Below are positions 10,331 to 20,923 of a stretch of DNA of 59,527 bases, one piece after another. The stretch's first letter is position 1; each line of letters begins with the position of its first letter. Position numbers and translations under genes: made by a program. Origin of the DNA: Candidatus Thorarchaeota archaeon (GTDB lineage: Archaea; Asgardarchaeota; Thorarchaeia; Thorarchaeales; Thorarchaeaceae); the NCBI GenBank assembly GCA_048883405.1, contig JBHLQS010000003.1, forward strand, positions 1-59,527, in the 5' to 3' direction. The notes under the pieces were generated by a model, which worked only from the letters and a program-made list of their open reading frames with translations, did no database searches and was not told the origin of the DNA.

Positions 10331-10576
10331 GTGAGGATGTCAATGAGCACAAAACGACATCACTCTCCATGGGCATATGAGGTGTCCAATGTGGCATGTC
10401 CTCGTTGTCATAGTGAGAATGTACATCGCATTTTTGAACGCTGGGGTCGGACCAGAAGGGTCCAAATGTTTCAGTGTGCTTCATGCGGAAGAAGGTACTA
10501 TACAAGAGGAATTGACAATTATACCCCAACATTTGGGAAGCGATTCTCCAGACGTCGTCGAGGACAGGTTATTTAA
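10331..10576 (+). CDS. Small basic zinc-ribbon protein
   Basis: CPRC...CASC with Arg-rich tail; lies between two + strand genes. Confidence 0.6.
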   Translation: MRMSMSTKRHHSPWAYEVSNVACPRCHSENVHRIFERWGRTRRVQMFQCASCGRRYYTRGIDNYTPTFGKRFSRRRRGQVI

Positions 10577-10612
10577 CGAGTCTGAGAAAATACTGGTGAG
10601 AGGCGCGAGAAC

Positions 10613-11728
10613 TTGGCCGTTTCAATTGAGCTACTGAAATATCCCTTTTCAGTGGAGGCCAGGGCATCAGTTCAGAAGATTGCACGTGACATTGGCTCAA
10701 TGGTCAAGATTTTGGAAGACCCGCGCAATTACGATATAATTGAAGAGGCTGAGAGCCGGGTATATGCAGCACTCACAAAATCAGAGATTCAAATTCCTTC
10801 TATTGTTCGTGAGGAAGCTTTGCTTGTGTATCAGACGGCTCGTCTTATAGTCGAAAAGATTGGAAGGCAGACACTTAGAGGGATTCAGGCTGTCGCAGAG
10901 TCTAAAGCTGTCAACAGGTATCTAAGCTCCGAGCGAGAAAGATATGTCATGAGTCTATGCACCGATTCACTAGGATGGGAGGTCGAATCTACTGGAACAC
11001 CATCTGAGAGGGCAAAACTACCTATTTCACTCAGAAGCTTCGACTACAGGATTCGGTTCGAGGACTTCCTTGAAGTTGCTCCTTCCTTCAAAGATGCCAC
11101 CGGGAAATGGAAACTAATCAACCGTCATCTTAATCATGGCTGGGTGTCAGTTAGGAAATCAGAGCTTCATAGACTAATATCTGGGAAATTTCAGAATCTC
11201 ATCGAGCAGAGCGAAATCAATGTCCCTGACCTGCCCATGCGCCTAACTGAAGCCGTGCAGAGAATTGAATCCGAAATGCCAAGTTATGTTCGGGAGCGTT
11301 CAGAAATCGAATTACCCGAGGATGCTTCAACCGCATTCCCTCCATGTATAGCCAATCTGCATCAGGACCATCTAGACGGGAAGAACGTGTCGCACGAAGG
11401 CCGCTTCGCTCTGGCATCCTTCCTTCTCAATATCAATATGGATATGAAGTCCATCATGAAGATCTTTGAGGGCTCACCTGATTTTGCTAGGAGTCTCGCT
11501 GGGTATCAGGTAGATCACATTCGTCGCAAGGAGTACAAGCCCCCTGGATGCAAGAAACTCCAAAACGCAGGTCTATGTCCAGTTCAACTTGGGACAGCCT
11601 CCGATCCTCTGTGCCGATTCATACTCCATCCGCTTGCATTCTACAACACAAGAGCATGGGAGATGAGCAAAGGTATCACAAATCATTCCTGGTACGAACG
11701 AAGAAGAAAACCGAAGCAGTTCTTCTGA
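10613..11728 (+). CDS. priL: DNA primase large subunit
   Basis: KYPF, WKLINR, FPPCI, HEGRFALASFL, YQVDHI, YKPPGC..LCP..C..HPL (four Fe-S Cys). Confidence 0.95.
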   Translation: MAVSIELLKYPFSVEARASVQKIARDIGSMVKILEDPRNYDIIEEAESRVYAALTKSEIQIPSIVREEALLVYQTARLIVEKIGRQTLRGIQAVAESKAVNRYLSSERERYVMSLCTDSLGWEVESTGTPSERAKLPISLRSFDYRIRFEDFLEVAPSFKDATGKWKLINRHLNHGWVSVRKSELHRLISGKFQNLIEQSEINVPDLPMRLTEAVQRIESEMPSYVRERSEIELPEDASTAFPPCIANLHQDHLDGKNVSHEGRFALASFLLNINMDMKSIMKIFEGSPDFARSLAGYQVDHIRRKEYKPPGCKKLQNAGLCPVQLGTASDPLCRFILHPLAFYNTRAWEMSKGITNHSWYERRRKPKQFF

Positions 11729-11750
11729 TTGTCCAAAGTACCAGTCTTGC

Positions 11751-12581
11751 CTACCTTGATCTAGCGTAATTGTAAAGGTACTCCTGTGCATAGCCTGCAT
11801 ATCTTCCAAAGTACTCTCTAGCGGCCAACGACCTCTTGGAGTATGACTTTCCTGAAGCCTCGAAAATGTCATAATGCTGGTTAATTACTTTCTCAATCCA
11901 TATATCGATTGGAAACGCTTCAAGATGGCCGAGTGAGAACAAGCAAACACAATCCGCGACCTTGTCTCCAACTCCATAAAGGGACTTCAATCTTCTATGC
12001 GCCTCACCATAATTGAGATTGCCCAGTTCTCGAGGGTCAACTTCTCCAGATAAAATAGAGGCAGTAGTCCTGACTATGAATGAGGACCGCCATCCAAACA
12101 TGAGTTCTTTCAAGTCTTGTGTGGACGCCACACTTAATTGCTCTGGACTGGGGAAGCCGTGGAAGGTCCTTTCGCGGAACTCGTAGATTGGTCCATATTT
12201 CTGTCTGAGAGATTGCATGCATCCATGCATCCTTGGGATGTTGCTCTGTATAGAGAGAATAAATGATATCAGACACGGAAAGAACTCGTCCGAAACAAGA
12301 CGAAGCCCGGGGGCAAATGCAATGCTCTTCCTCATGATCTTGTCCTTAGCAATCTCGTCCTGGATCTGAGTTAGCGGGTCATCCAGCCTGAGAAGCTTCC
12401 TTAGGTCTATATTCACATCAGATGTTTCATAGTGCAGTTTGTTTCCGTGTTGTTCTACATATACTACCTGTCCGACGTCAGGGTTGATGTAACCCTTTCC
12501 CTCTCTCATCCAGCTAAAGGTCTGACCGCACTCAATTGTGTCCGCCAGGCTAAAATTCTCGGCTTTGATAGTCCGCATCAT
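11751..12581 (-). CDS. 8-oxoguanine DNA glycosylase/AP lyase, OGG1 type
   Basis: OGG N-domain TIECGQTFSW; HhH GVGDKVADC with catalytic K and FPID; ATG 12581 preferred over 12629. Confidence 0.9.
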   Translation of the reverse strand: MMRTIKAENFSLADTIECGQTFSWMREGKGYINPDVGQVVYVEQHGNKLHYETSDVNIDLRKLLRLDDPLTQIQDEIAKDKIMRKSIAFAPGLRLVSDEFFPCLISFILSIQSNIPRMHGCMQSLRQKYGPIYEFRERTFHGFPSPEQLSVASTQDLKELMFGWRSSFIVRTTASILSGEVDPRELGNLNYGEAHRRLKSLYGVGDKVADCVCLFSLGHLEAFPIDIWIEKVINQHYDIFEASGKSYSKRSLAAREYFGRYAGYAQEYLYNYARSR

Positions 12582-12632
12582 AGTATGCAGCGCTATGACC
12601 TTTGAAGAGTATTTTGATTGGATATGCAACCT

Positions 12633-13130
12633 TCACAGTTCGATCTCATCCAAGTCTACTGAGGCTATTTCAATCAAATCAGCAAGCTCTGCTATGTGTT
12701 CTATGGTGTAACGCGAAATCATATGCTCTCCGTCATTAGCCGATGCTTCATCCAATGTGAACACAGCAAGGACGCCGTCAGGCAATGCTTTCGGTAACGC
12801 ATCCCGGCCCATACACCAGATCTTAGGAATGGCCTTCTCCTTCATGCCCTCGATAATTAGCAGGTCGCTTTGAAATGAGGAAAGATACTCTTTCAGACTC
12901 GACGGCCTCTCTGACCGAATCATTACTGAATCTGGGCCCACCAGCATTGTGGTCCTAGCTCCAGCCAACCAGTGACGCTCTGTGTCTGTACCTTTCACAT
13001 CAGTCACATTCTCATTGGTGCTCTTGATAGTAGCAATCGAGTAACCCCTTCTAGTCAGTTCTCTGATGAGTGCCTCGACTAGTGTTGTTTTACCTGTGCC
13101 TGAGTAGCCAGCAATCGAAAAGACCCGCAT
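12633..13130 (-). CDS. mobB: Molybdopterin-guanine dinucleotide biosynthesis protein B
   Basis: GYSGTGKTT, IATIK, GTDTERHWLAGA, LLIIEGMK. Confidence 0.9.
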   Translation of the reverse strand: MRVFSIAGYSGTGKTTLVEALIRELTRRGYSIATIKSTNENVTDVKGTDTERHWLAGARTTMLVGPDSVMIRSERPSSLKEYLSSFQSDLLIIEGMKEKAIPKIWCMGRDALPKALPDGVLAVFTLDEASANDGEHMISRYTIEHIAELADLIEIASVDLDEIEL

Positions 13131-13269
13131 GAAACCTCATTTCACTCCTAGATGCATTGCTATTCTGTCTTCTTATTCAGTAAAACGGTCGTTTTTCCTT
13201 CGTATGCAAATGCTCAAAGCACTCTCCTTAAATGGCCTTTGTCTGCGTTTGGCATTTGGTGTCATCAAA

Positions 13270-14049
13270 TTGGGTGCAGACAATCACGTTGCAGTTGAAT
13301 GCATAGATGTTCACAGAGAGTTCCAAGACGGCTCAAGAGTCATCCATGTGCTTCAAGGAACCAATCTAAAGGTCCATAGAGGTGAGTTTGTAGCCGTAGT
13401 AGGCGCCTCAGGATCTGGGAAGACCACACTCCTGAATCTCATTGGTGGTCTTGACCGACCCACATCTGGCAAGATTCTTGTTGACGGAACTGATATCACT
13501 GCACTCGATGATGAAGGAATCTCATCAGTAAGACGCCATAAAGTGGGCGTTCTTTTCCAGGACCAACTCCTTCTCCCTATTTTCACGGCCCTTGAGAACG
13601 TCGAGGTTCCAATGTTGCTTGATAATGTGCCCACGAAAGAACGCCATGAACGTGGTATGAAACTCCTCGAAGTTGTTGGTGTTGACCACCGCGCTCAACA
13701 CATGCCCCATGAACTCTCTGGTGGTATGCGTTCTCGTATTGCACTGGCACGCGCCCTTGCAAATGACCCGGCGATTCTTCTGTGTGATGAACCGACTGGA
13801 GATCTCGACCATACCACTGGAGGAGAAATCATCCAGCTTATGAAACGCCTTGCGAAGGAGGAAGACCGAGCGATCATTGTAGTCACGCATGATCCAGAAG
13901 TCGCAAAGATGACAGACAAGATTCTCCTTCTTCGAGATGGCGTCTTGGTGGAGGAATTAGTGACTGAGTTCTTCAAGCCTAGCGGGATTGACATTGACGC
14001 AGCTCGGGCAAAGTATCAAGCTGATGAGGAAGCCTCTTTTGGGAAGTGA
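13270..14049 (+). CDS. ABC transporter ATP-binding subunit (LolD/MacB type)
   Basis: GASGSGKT, LSGGM, LLCDEPTGDLD, VTHD; TTG 13270 preferred. Confidence 0.93.
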   Translation: MGADNHVAVECIDVHREFQDGSRVIHVLQGTNLKVHRGEFVAVVGASGSGKTTLLNLIGGLDRPTSGKILVDGTDITALDDEGISSVRRHKVGVLFQDQLLLPIFTALENVEVPMLLDNVPTKERHERGMKLLEVVGVDHRAQHMPHELSGGMRSRIALARALANDPAILLCDEPTGDLDHTTGGEIIQLMKRLAKEEDRAIIVVTHDPEVAKMTDKILLLRDGVLVEELVTEFFKPSGIDIDAARAKYQADEEASFGK

Positions 14050-16955
14050 CCTTTGTGGTGAAATCAGCGGGTCCTGAAACATCTTCACAGGGGAGTCGTT
14101 TCTACTCGCTGTCGTATGCACTGAGTGCAATGAAAGCCAATCCTTTTCGATCACTCAGTTTGGCATTGACCCTTGCTCTTGGAATAAGCCTGTTGACCTC
14201 AAATATCGTCTGGACTGACACGGGCGTGAAGGTGAGCGTAGATAGTTACTTGGAGAACAATGCATTCCAATTACTCGTTAAGACATATGATGACAACGCC
14301 ACTCAAGGAGCGTTAGCATTCGAATACCTTCAGGAGGATCCATTGGTAGATACTGTGATGAGGCCTGACTCAACCCTGGGGTTCCTCTGGGGAACTGATT
14401 ACCCAGACAACTTTGAATATGATGTAGATGATTCCCTTTACTCTGCAGGAGTAAAAGATTGCCGCGTAATATTTGTCAACAACGATTTTCTCAATCTCAC
14501 TTCAGTCGACTTCAGGTATGAGGGCTCCTTTGTCCTTAATGAGGGAGAGGCTCTCGTATCAAGCCAGTTTGTAGCCTACACGGAAGAGGTGTTCAATCTG
14601 ACCCTGAGTGTTGGCGACACTATCGATTTGGAACTCCTCGGCAGAGATGAGCCCGCCCAAGTCGTTGCTAATCCTCTCGAGATAGGAAACCTAGATAGAT
14701 ACAGTATTGAGAACCTTAGAATAGCAGGCATCTATCATCCACAGGGCTACAACACCCTGATAGAACAAGCTTTTCCATCATATATGCGGGCTAGCTGGAA
14801 TTACACAAATGTGAGATTTCCAGTTCTGGGCCTCAGAGACAGTGTGATGATTCTTGACAGTTCCATTCCCACAGGCTATCTCGACCCTGAGGGTTGGTTT
14901 CCTGCTCATAGTCTAGTTCGAACAGATGCGGATGGCCTTCTCGAGGATGGTCCAAGCAAAATCTCTAGAAGCATACGAGCTCTTGCTACTCGCGTTGAGC
15001 AGCTGTACTACGTTGACGCTGATGGGCTGGACAAGGCTGACTACCTACAGTGGAGGGTCAATTCGTATCTCAACTCAGTTTCATATTCAATGCTGAATCT
15101 GCCAATATTTCTCTTGGCACTTGTACTCTCTATCTTTGCCGCAGATACCTTCATGGCTCCGAGATCCACAGAGGTTGGTGTACTTCGATCGAAGGGAGCA
15201 AGTTCTAGTCAGGTCTATGGTATTTTCCTCTGGGAGACATTCTTCCTCGCGATGCTGAGTCTGGTTCTTGGCGTCTTTATGGCGACTATTTTTGCAGCGT
15301 TAATTCCTGCAACTACAAGCTTCATGACATTTGATTGGTCAGTGTATGAATTCTATTTGCTCAACTCCGTTGTAAGGGTTGATACACTGATTACAGCTGT
15401 CGTATTATGCATCATACCTCCTATGCTCTTCATTCTCTACTTGTCAAAGAAAGCAGCCCAAGCAGAGATTGGCTCAATGCTGGAGGACTCCCTTGAAAAG
15501 CCGTATTCCGGAGAAGTTGCCTATAGATTCACATTTGGGGCGTCAATTGTACTTCTCGCTATAGTTCTATTTGGAGCTCTCTACTTTCCAAGAAACCCCC
15601 TTATTCTACTGTTTAATCTGGCACTAGCCACAGCAGCATGGTTCTTCATCGCATATAATGGCTCCAGGGTTTCACGGTTGGGGTTAGCGGGAATATCCTC
15701 AAGGCTTTCTGATGTGCTGGGTCAGAAGAATCGTATTACCGCGGCGTATCTCCGAATGCGAAGGGGGAGAATAATCCCACTGATGCTTGTGCTAGCACTC
15801 ACCATATCCACAACGATTGCTTTCTCTGTCCAAGCTGAGAGTCTTCGCTATGATCTTGAACGTGAGGTTGACTATGCCGTCGGAGCAGATTTGAGAATCG
15901 AAACTGACTCTCTTCCATTTACTTATAGCGAAACACTTGAGGCCTATGATCAGGTTTCATCAGTTACTCCGGTATATCGAGCCCTTGGGCGAATTGGCTC
16001 TGATGAGCTGACCATCACAGCTATCAATGCTTCCAAATATTCTTCGATTGGTCACTTTGATGAAACTAGTTTTCCAGATGCCAGTGCCGAAGAGATTCTC
16101 TCAGATCTAAGCAATCTGGAGAATGGAATAGTCATAAGCGCTCATCATGCTGAACGTTGGAATAAAGCGATAGGCGATCTTGTGCGCATTGCAGTGAGCG
16201 GAATTGGGATTACCGAGGAGATATATTTCAATGTCACGGGGATTGTCTATTCTGCTCCTGGTTTCGGTTATTCGTGGAAGGGAGATGTTCCCCCCTCTCG
16301 ATTAGGGGCTGGCTTCGGGTTTCAGTCTGATTATCAAGGATTCGTGCTCACAAACATCGATTTCGTTTCAACAGTCCTTGGCAAGTCGGAAACTGACCTC
16401 TTCATGGCAAGCCTGGGAGAAGATACTGATCCTGCTGCGTTCGCTGACTTTCTAATGACTGACAGCAGTCTAACTGTCGTCACGCCACAGGAGTTCAACC
16501 TCAAGACGCATTCCTATGGCACGGCGCTATTCCTGAACACAATTGAGGGCCTCTTCTCAATAGGGTTTGTCATGGGTCTCGTTATGAGCCTGTTCGCATT
16601 GTCACTCTTCTTGGGGTCTGTCGTACGAGAAAGAAGGAAGGAATATGCAGTCCTACGTGCGTTGGGAGGGTCTAGACGGCAATTAGTGACAATGGTGTTT
16701 TCCGAGTTCTCCGGTGTAGTCCTCGCCTCCTTAGCAGTCAGTCTCATCCTTGGAACTGCATTGGCGTATGTTAATGGCTTCTTTCTATTTCAGATGAGTC
16801 CATTTTCTAGAACGCTTCCAGCAACGATTGCGATCCCGATGAACTTCCTGCTACTAGTGCTATTCATTGAGATAATAGCGATGATAATTGGGTCGTACTT
16901 TCCTGCGAGAGAAGCTGGTAAGACTGACCCTGCAATTGTTTTGAGGAATCTGTGA
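14046..16955 (+). CDS. FtsX/MacB-like ABC permease with duplicated architecture
   Basis: RSTEVGVLRSKGAS and RRKEYAVLRALGGS FtsX motifs; ends DPAIVLRNL. Confidence 0.9.
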   Translation: MTFVVKSAGPETSSQGSRFYSLSYALSAMKANPFRSLSLALTLALGISLLTSNIVWTDTGVKVSVDSYLENNAFQLLVKTYDDNATQGALAFEYLQEDPLVDTVMRPDSTLGFLWGTDYPDNFEYDVDDSLYSAGVKDCRVIFVNNDFLNLTSVDFRYEGSFVLNEGEALVSSQFVAYTEEVFNLTLSVGDTIDLELLGRDEPAQVVANPLEIGNLDRYSIENLRIAGIYHPQGYNTLIEQAFPSYMRASWNYTNVRFPVLGLRDSVMILDSSIPTGYLDPEGWFPAHSLVRTDADGLLEDGPSKISRSIRALATRVEQLYYVDADGLDKADYLQWRVNSYLNSVSYSMLNLPIFLLALVLSIFAADTFMAPRSTEVGVLRSKGASSSQVYGIFLWETFFLAMLSLVLGVFMATIFAALIPATTSFMTFDWSVYEFYLLNSVVRVDTLITAVVLCIIPPMLFILYLSKKAAQAEIGSMLEDSLEKPYSGEVAYRFTFGASIVLLAIVLFGALYFPRNPLILLFNLALATAAWFFIAYNGSRVSRLGLAGISSRLSDVLGQKNRITAAYLRMRRGRIIPLMLVLALTISTTIAFSVQAESLRYDLEREVDYAVGADLRIETDSLPFTYSETLEAYDQVSSVTPVYRALGRIGSDELTITAINASKYSSIGHFDETSFPDASAEEILSDLSNLENGIVISAHHAERWNKAIGDLVRIAVSGIGITEEIYFNVTGIVYSAPGFGYSWKGDVPPSRLGAGFGFQSDYQGFVLTNIDFVSTVLGKSETDLFMASLGEDTDPAAFADFLMTDSSLTVVTPQEFNLKTHSYGTALFLNTIEGLFSIGFVMGLVMSLFALSLFLGSVVRERRKEYAVLRALGGSRRQLVTMVFSEFSGVVLASLAVSLILGTALAYVNGFFLFQMSPFSRTLPATIAIPMNFLLLVLFIEIIAMIIGSYFPAREAGKTDPAIVLRNL

Positions 16956-16965
16956 GGTGATATGA

Positions 16966-19872
16966 ATGAGTAAACCAAGAAAATTCATGAAGGGCAACTT
17001 CTGGTGGGCTCCATCATACGCAGTCACTTCACTGAAGGCTCATAAGGCACGGAATATTGGGATTGCATTAATCCTGGCTGTGAGCATTTCCATCCCCACA
17101 ACGGTCTTCATATGGACTGGCACAGGGTCTCTTCTGGCTGTTGAGGATTATTTTGATGAAAATGCATATCAGATCAACATGCAGGTAGACTCGCCAATAG
17201 CGGACTATACCACCCTATCAGAGGCGCGTGATTTCGCCTTGGCAAGTGGCCTTGTCGAATACGCTAATGTCATACCCTCTTCGATCTGTATTCTGCAGGG
17301 CAGCTGGCCTGATTGGTATGAGTATAACATGAACTCTCGAAGTAACTATCTTGATGGAATAAAGGACGGAAGGATAATCCTAGCAAACAACGAGATTCTC
17401 GATGCCTTCTCAAAGGAGGTCGAGTGGGAAGGGAGAATGAATCTGGAACTTGGAGAGGCAGTTGTGTCCCAGAGCTTTGTGGACACAGCTTATGATGTTC
17501 ATGGCATCAACATAACTCTGGGCAGTCTTATTGATGTTGATCTGCTGCGATTTGCTGCTAAACAGAGTATAAAGGATGATGACTGGACAACTCCAGATGA
17601 GGCAGGTCGGATCAGACTGAGTGGTCTCAAGGTCGTTGGCATCTACAGGATTGTAGCAGTTTCCAATATTGGACAATCGTTTCTGTCAATAATACGCCAG
17701 AACTGGGGCGCGTTAACCGGCGGCGACCCTGTGCTGGGCATCAGTGATGCAGTGATAGTGCTTGATGAACAGGTAGACGAAGGTGTGTACGATGACGTTG
17801 CTACTAAGGGCTATTTCTCCCCAGTGGGCTTCATCAGAGCATCTCGCGATGGCTTGGTTGCAGCTGGCGTGACACAAGTTGTCTATAATTTGGAAAACCT
17901 CAAGGTTCAGATCGAGGAGCGGTTTCCAAGCCTCCGTGTAACTGGATATGAAACCATTAATGACCTTGAAGCCCACATTGCGATATATCTCCGCAGCCAG
18001 GTGCTGATTGTCCTCGGATTGCCAGTTATTCTCATGGGATTGATGCTTACAGTTTTCACTTCAGAAACATCGATATCATATAGGCGAAGCGAGATTAGTT
18101 CTCTGAGAGCAAAGGGTGCTGCCTTTAACCAGATTTTCTCTGCTGTTATATGGGAGTCCATAGCTCTTGCTGTCCTAGGACTTGGCGCCGGACTACTGAT
18201 GGCAATCTTCATGGCACCATTGATGGGCTCTTCAATTGGACTGCTCTCGTTCGATTTGTCCTTGTATGTGGTTTATTTTAGCAATACAATAATCCCATAC
18301 CAAGCTGGTATTCTTGCAGTTGCCATTGCACTATATCTGCCATCAACATACCTTCTTCATGTAGCAAGAAGAATTGATGTTTCTGAAATAGGCCAGCCCA
18401 CAACGAGAAACGAATCTGAAACACCAGAGGAGACCAGCCCTTGGTTCTATTGGTCTGGTCTGGGTCTTGTGCTAACGATTCTGGTGATTATGCCAGTAAT
18501 CATTGCACCGAGAGGTTCAGCCGCTATGGTGGAAGTCCTTGCAAGTACCCTTCTACTCTTCTCAGCATCCTATCTAGGATCAAGAGCCATGCGCCTGGCG
18601 ACAGCTTATGCTTTTGGACGAACTCAACGACTTCTTGGTGAGAAGAGCCTCTATCCGAAACAGAGTTTCAGAAGACGAAAGGGTCAGTTCATTCCGCTTA
18701 TGATCGTCTTGACGCTAACATTAACAACCACTACAATGACACTGATTCAAACTCAGAGCATTGAAACAACAATGAATCATGAGCTAGAATACGCGATTGG
18801 TGCAGACATGAGAGTTGAGTCGTATGGTTTAACGCCTGACTACGTAGCATCATTCCTGGGCTATTCTGGAGTCAATAGTGTGGCCTCTTTCATCGAGACT
18901 TCTGCTGCAGTGAACACGAGCTATTTCTTCCTTGAAGGGGTAGATGCATCCAGTTATCTTTCAGTTGGCCTGTTTACGGCTGATAGTTTTGTCAGTGGGA
19001 CTCCTACACAGGTTCTTACTGCATTAGACTCCACACCAAACGGTATCGTGATTAGTGAGTATTATGCAACAAGCTGGGGAAAGGATGTCGGGCAAACGAT
19101 ACAGGTCAGTGTAGGAACCATAAACTCAACTACAACTCAAGAATTCCAGGTTGTTGGGATAATGAGAAGTGCGCCAGGATTGGGAATAGCTTCCACACGT
19201 GGCTTTAGGGGTATTCCCTTCGGGTCCTATTTCGGATTTCAAGTAGCCGCCACTGGTGGCTTTAGTCTTGTCAATAGAAACTTTCTGTCATCACTGACGT
19301 ATATCGAGAATGTTCACCTAGTCCTTCTAGACATAACCGACTATGAAATGGTGACGCCTCTTGTCACCGATATTGAGTTGGAGAAGAACAACCATGTCTT
19401 TACCCCGGAGAATACAGACGTAACGCAGATTCCTAGGCTGAGTCCATTTCTTTCAGGTCTTCAAGGGCTCACTATGATATCCTATATCCTGTGCGCAGCG
19501 ATGGGACTATTCGCCATAGTCCTGTTCCTAGGTGCGTCGGTGGGAGAGCGAGAGTCTGAGTATGCCGTGTTCAGAGCACTTGGTGGAACTAAGAGGCAAG
19601 TCGTAGCGATGGTATTTGGAGAGTTCGCAGGAATTGTGTTATCTGCGATTCTGATTAGCTTCATACTGGGCCTTGTCTTTGGACTAGTAATGACATCATT
19701 GACATTCGGTATATATGCCATATCTCCAATTCTCCCGGAGATCCTAGCATTTCCAGTGACAGTGATGCTACTCACAATAGCGCTGGAAACAACTGCGATG
19801 ATTGTGGCATGCTATATGCCTGCTCGAAGAGCTGGAGCGACAGATCCTGCAAGCACATTGAGAAATCTATGA
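16966..19872 (+). CDS. FtsX/MacB-like ABC permease, paralog of the upstream gene
   Basis: RRSEISSLRAKGA, RESEYAVFRALGG; ends DPASTLRNL; 968 vs 969 aa. Confidence 0.9.
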   Translation: MSKPRKFMKGNFWWAPSYAVTSLKAHKARNIGIALILAVSISIPTTVFIWTGTGSLLAVEDYFDENAYQINMQVDSPIADYTTLSEARDFALASGLVEYANVIPSSICILQGSWPDWYEYNMNSRSNYLDGIKDGRIILANNEILDAFSKEVEWEGRMNLELGEAVVSQSFVDTAYDVHGINITLGSLIDVDLLRFAAKQSIKDDDWTTPDEAGRIRLSGLKVVGIYRIVAVSNIGQSFLSIIRQNWGALTGGDPVLGISDAVIVLDEQVDEGVYDDVATKGYFSPVGFIRASRDGLVAAGVTQVVYNLENLKVQIEERFPSLRVTGYETINDLEAHIAIYLRSQVLIVLGLPVILMGLMLTVFTSETSISYRRSEISSLRAKGAAFNQIFSAVIWESIALAVLGLGAGLLMAIFMAPLMGSSIGLLSFDLSLYVVYFSNTIIPYQAGILAVAIALYLPSTYLLHVARRIDVSEIGQPTTRNESETPEETSPWFYWSGLGLVLTILVIMPVIIAPRGSAAMVEVLASTLLLFSASYLGSRAMRLATAYAFGRTQRLLGEKSLYPKQSFRRRKGQFIPLMIVLTLTLTTTTMTLIQTQSIETTMNHELEYAIGADMRVESYGLTPDYVASFLGYSGVNSVASFIETSAAVNTSYFFLEGVDASSYLSVGLFTADSFVSGTPTQVLTALDSTPNGIVISEYYATSWGKDVGQTIQVSVGTINSTTTQEFQVVGIMRSAPGLGIASTRGFRGIPFGSYFGFQVAATGGFSLVNRNFLSSLTYIENVHLVLLDITDYEMVTPLVTDIELEKNNHVFTPENTDVTQIPRLSPFLSGLQGLTMISYILCAAMGLFAIVLFLGASVGERESEYAVFRALGGTKRQVVAMVFGEFAGIVLSAILISFILGLVFGLVMTSLTFGIYAISPILPEILAFPVTVMLLTIALETTAMIVACYMPARRAGATDPASTLRNL

Positions 19873-19883
19873 GGTGATTTAGA

Positions 19884-20918
19884 ATGGTAACAACTACACA
19901 CGGAACCGCTGATGAATTGGACCTATTTGGGGACATGCCCGATGATGTTGTGGCGAGTCTTCACAGCTGTTACAAGATCTATAAGACGAATGAGCTTGAG
20001 GTTGTAGCTCTGAGTGGGGTCTCTCTTCAGATTCTTGAGGGCAAAATCATGGCTGTGGTGGGTCCGAGCGGTTCAGGCAAGACGACGCTAGTAAATATTC
20101 TTGGAGGGATTACGAGAGCCACTGTTGGAAAGGTCTACTGGGCCAATCTGCATACTGATATCACAAAGCTCAGCGAACGAATCCTGACTGAAGCACGTCG
20201 AGCATGGATGGGTTTTGTGTTCCAGCTTGGAAATCTGTTGCCTCATCTCAACGCCTGGCAGAATGTGGAGTTAGCCGCACGGATTGCGGGTGTACCTCGT
20301 CGTACTCGCAAGGAACGAGTTGATCGACTGATCAAGCTTGTGGGCCTTGAGGAACGTAGACGCAACAAGGCTACTACACTCAGTGGAGGAGAGAGATCTC
20401 GAGTGGCTATCGCCAGTGCTCTAGTCAATCTCATTGACACCGAAGGAAAGGGGCTTGTACTATGCGATGAACCGACAGGCGACCTGGATCCAGAAACTGG
20501 TGAAAGAATCCTCGATCTATTTCAAGAGCTGAATGAAACTCTTGGCACATCTTTCTTTATTGTCACTCATAGTCAACAGGTGGCTTCAAAGGCGGATGTG
20601 ACGGTCGAGATTCGTGACGGAGTCATTTCTGGTTTCCATCAGGCTGGAATTGACCTAGACATGTTGGACGACACGAGGATTCTGAGACTTGATGACAAGC
20701 ATAGACTTCCGATGCCCTTGGAGCTGCTTGAGCTGGCAGGTAATCCAAGGGAGTTCAGAATCAGCTACAGAGACAACAGGTTCTTTCTTGATCCTCAGCT
20801 TGGAGAAGTTGTTAATCACATGCGTGAGAGGAAAGCTCGCAATTGCAGAGTGTGTGGCGCAGAGATACCTGGTGGCAAATTCATCTGTCCGAATTGCGGA
20901 TCACAGGTCACCGTATAA
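19884..20918 (+). CDS. ABC ATP-binding subunit with C-terminal AbrB-like and zinc-ribbon extension
   Basis: GPSGSGKT, LSGGE, DEPTGDLD; LDDKHRLPMP; CRVC..CPNC. Confidence 0.9.
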   Translation: MVTTTHGTADELDLFGDMPDDVVASLHSCYKIYKTNELEVVALSGVSLQILEGKIMAVVGPSGSGKTTLVNILGGITRATVGKVYWANLHTDITKLSERILTEARRAWMGFVFQLGNLLPHLNAWQNVELAARIAGVPRRTRKERVDRLIKLVGLEERRRNKATTLSGGERSRVAIASALVNLIDTEGKGLVLCDEPTGDLDPETGERILDLFQELNETLGTSFFIVTHSQQVASKADVTVEIRDGVISGFHQAGIDLDMLDDTRILRLDDKHRLPMPLELLELAGNPREFRISYRDNRFFLDPQLGEVVNHMRERKARNCRVCGAEIPGGKFICPNCGSQVTV

Positions 20919-20923
20919 TAGGC

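Noticed and set aside
10331-10576. IS1-family element
   Set aside because: No DDE domain, terminal inverted repeats or target duplication seen
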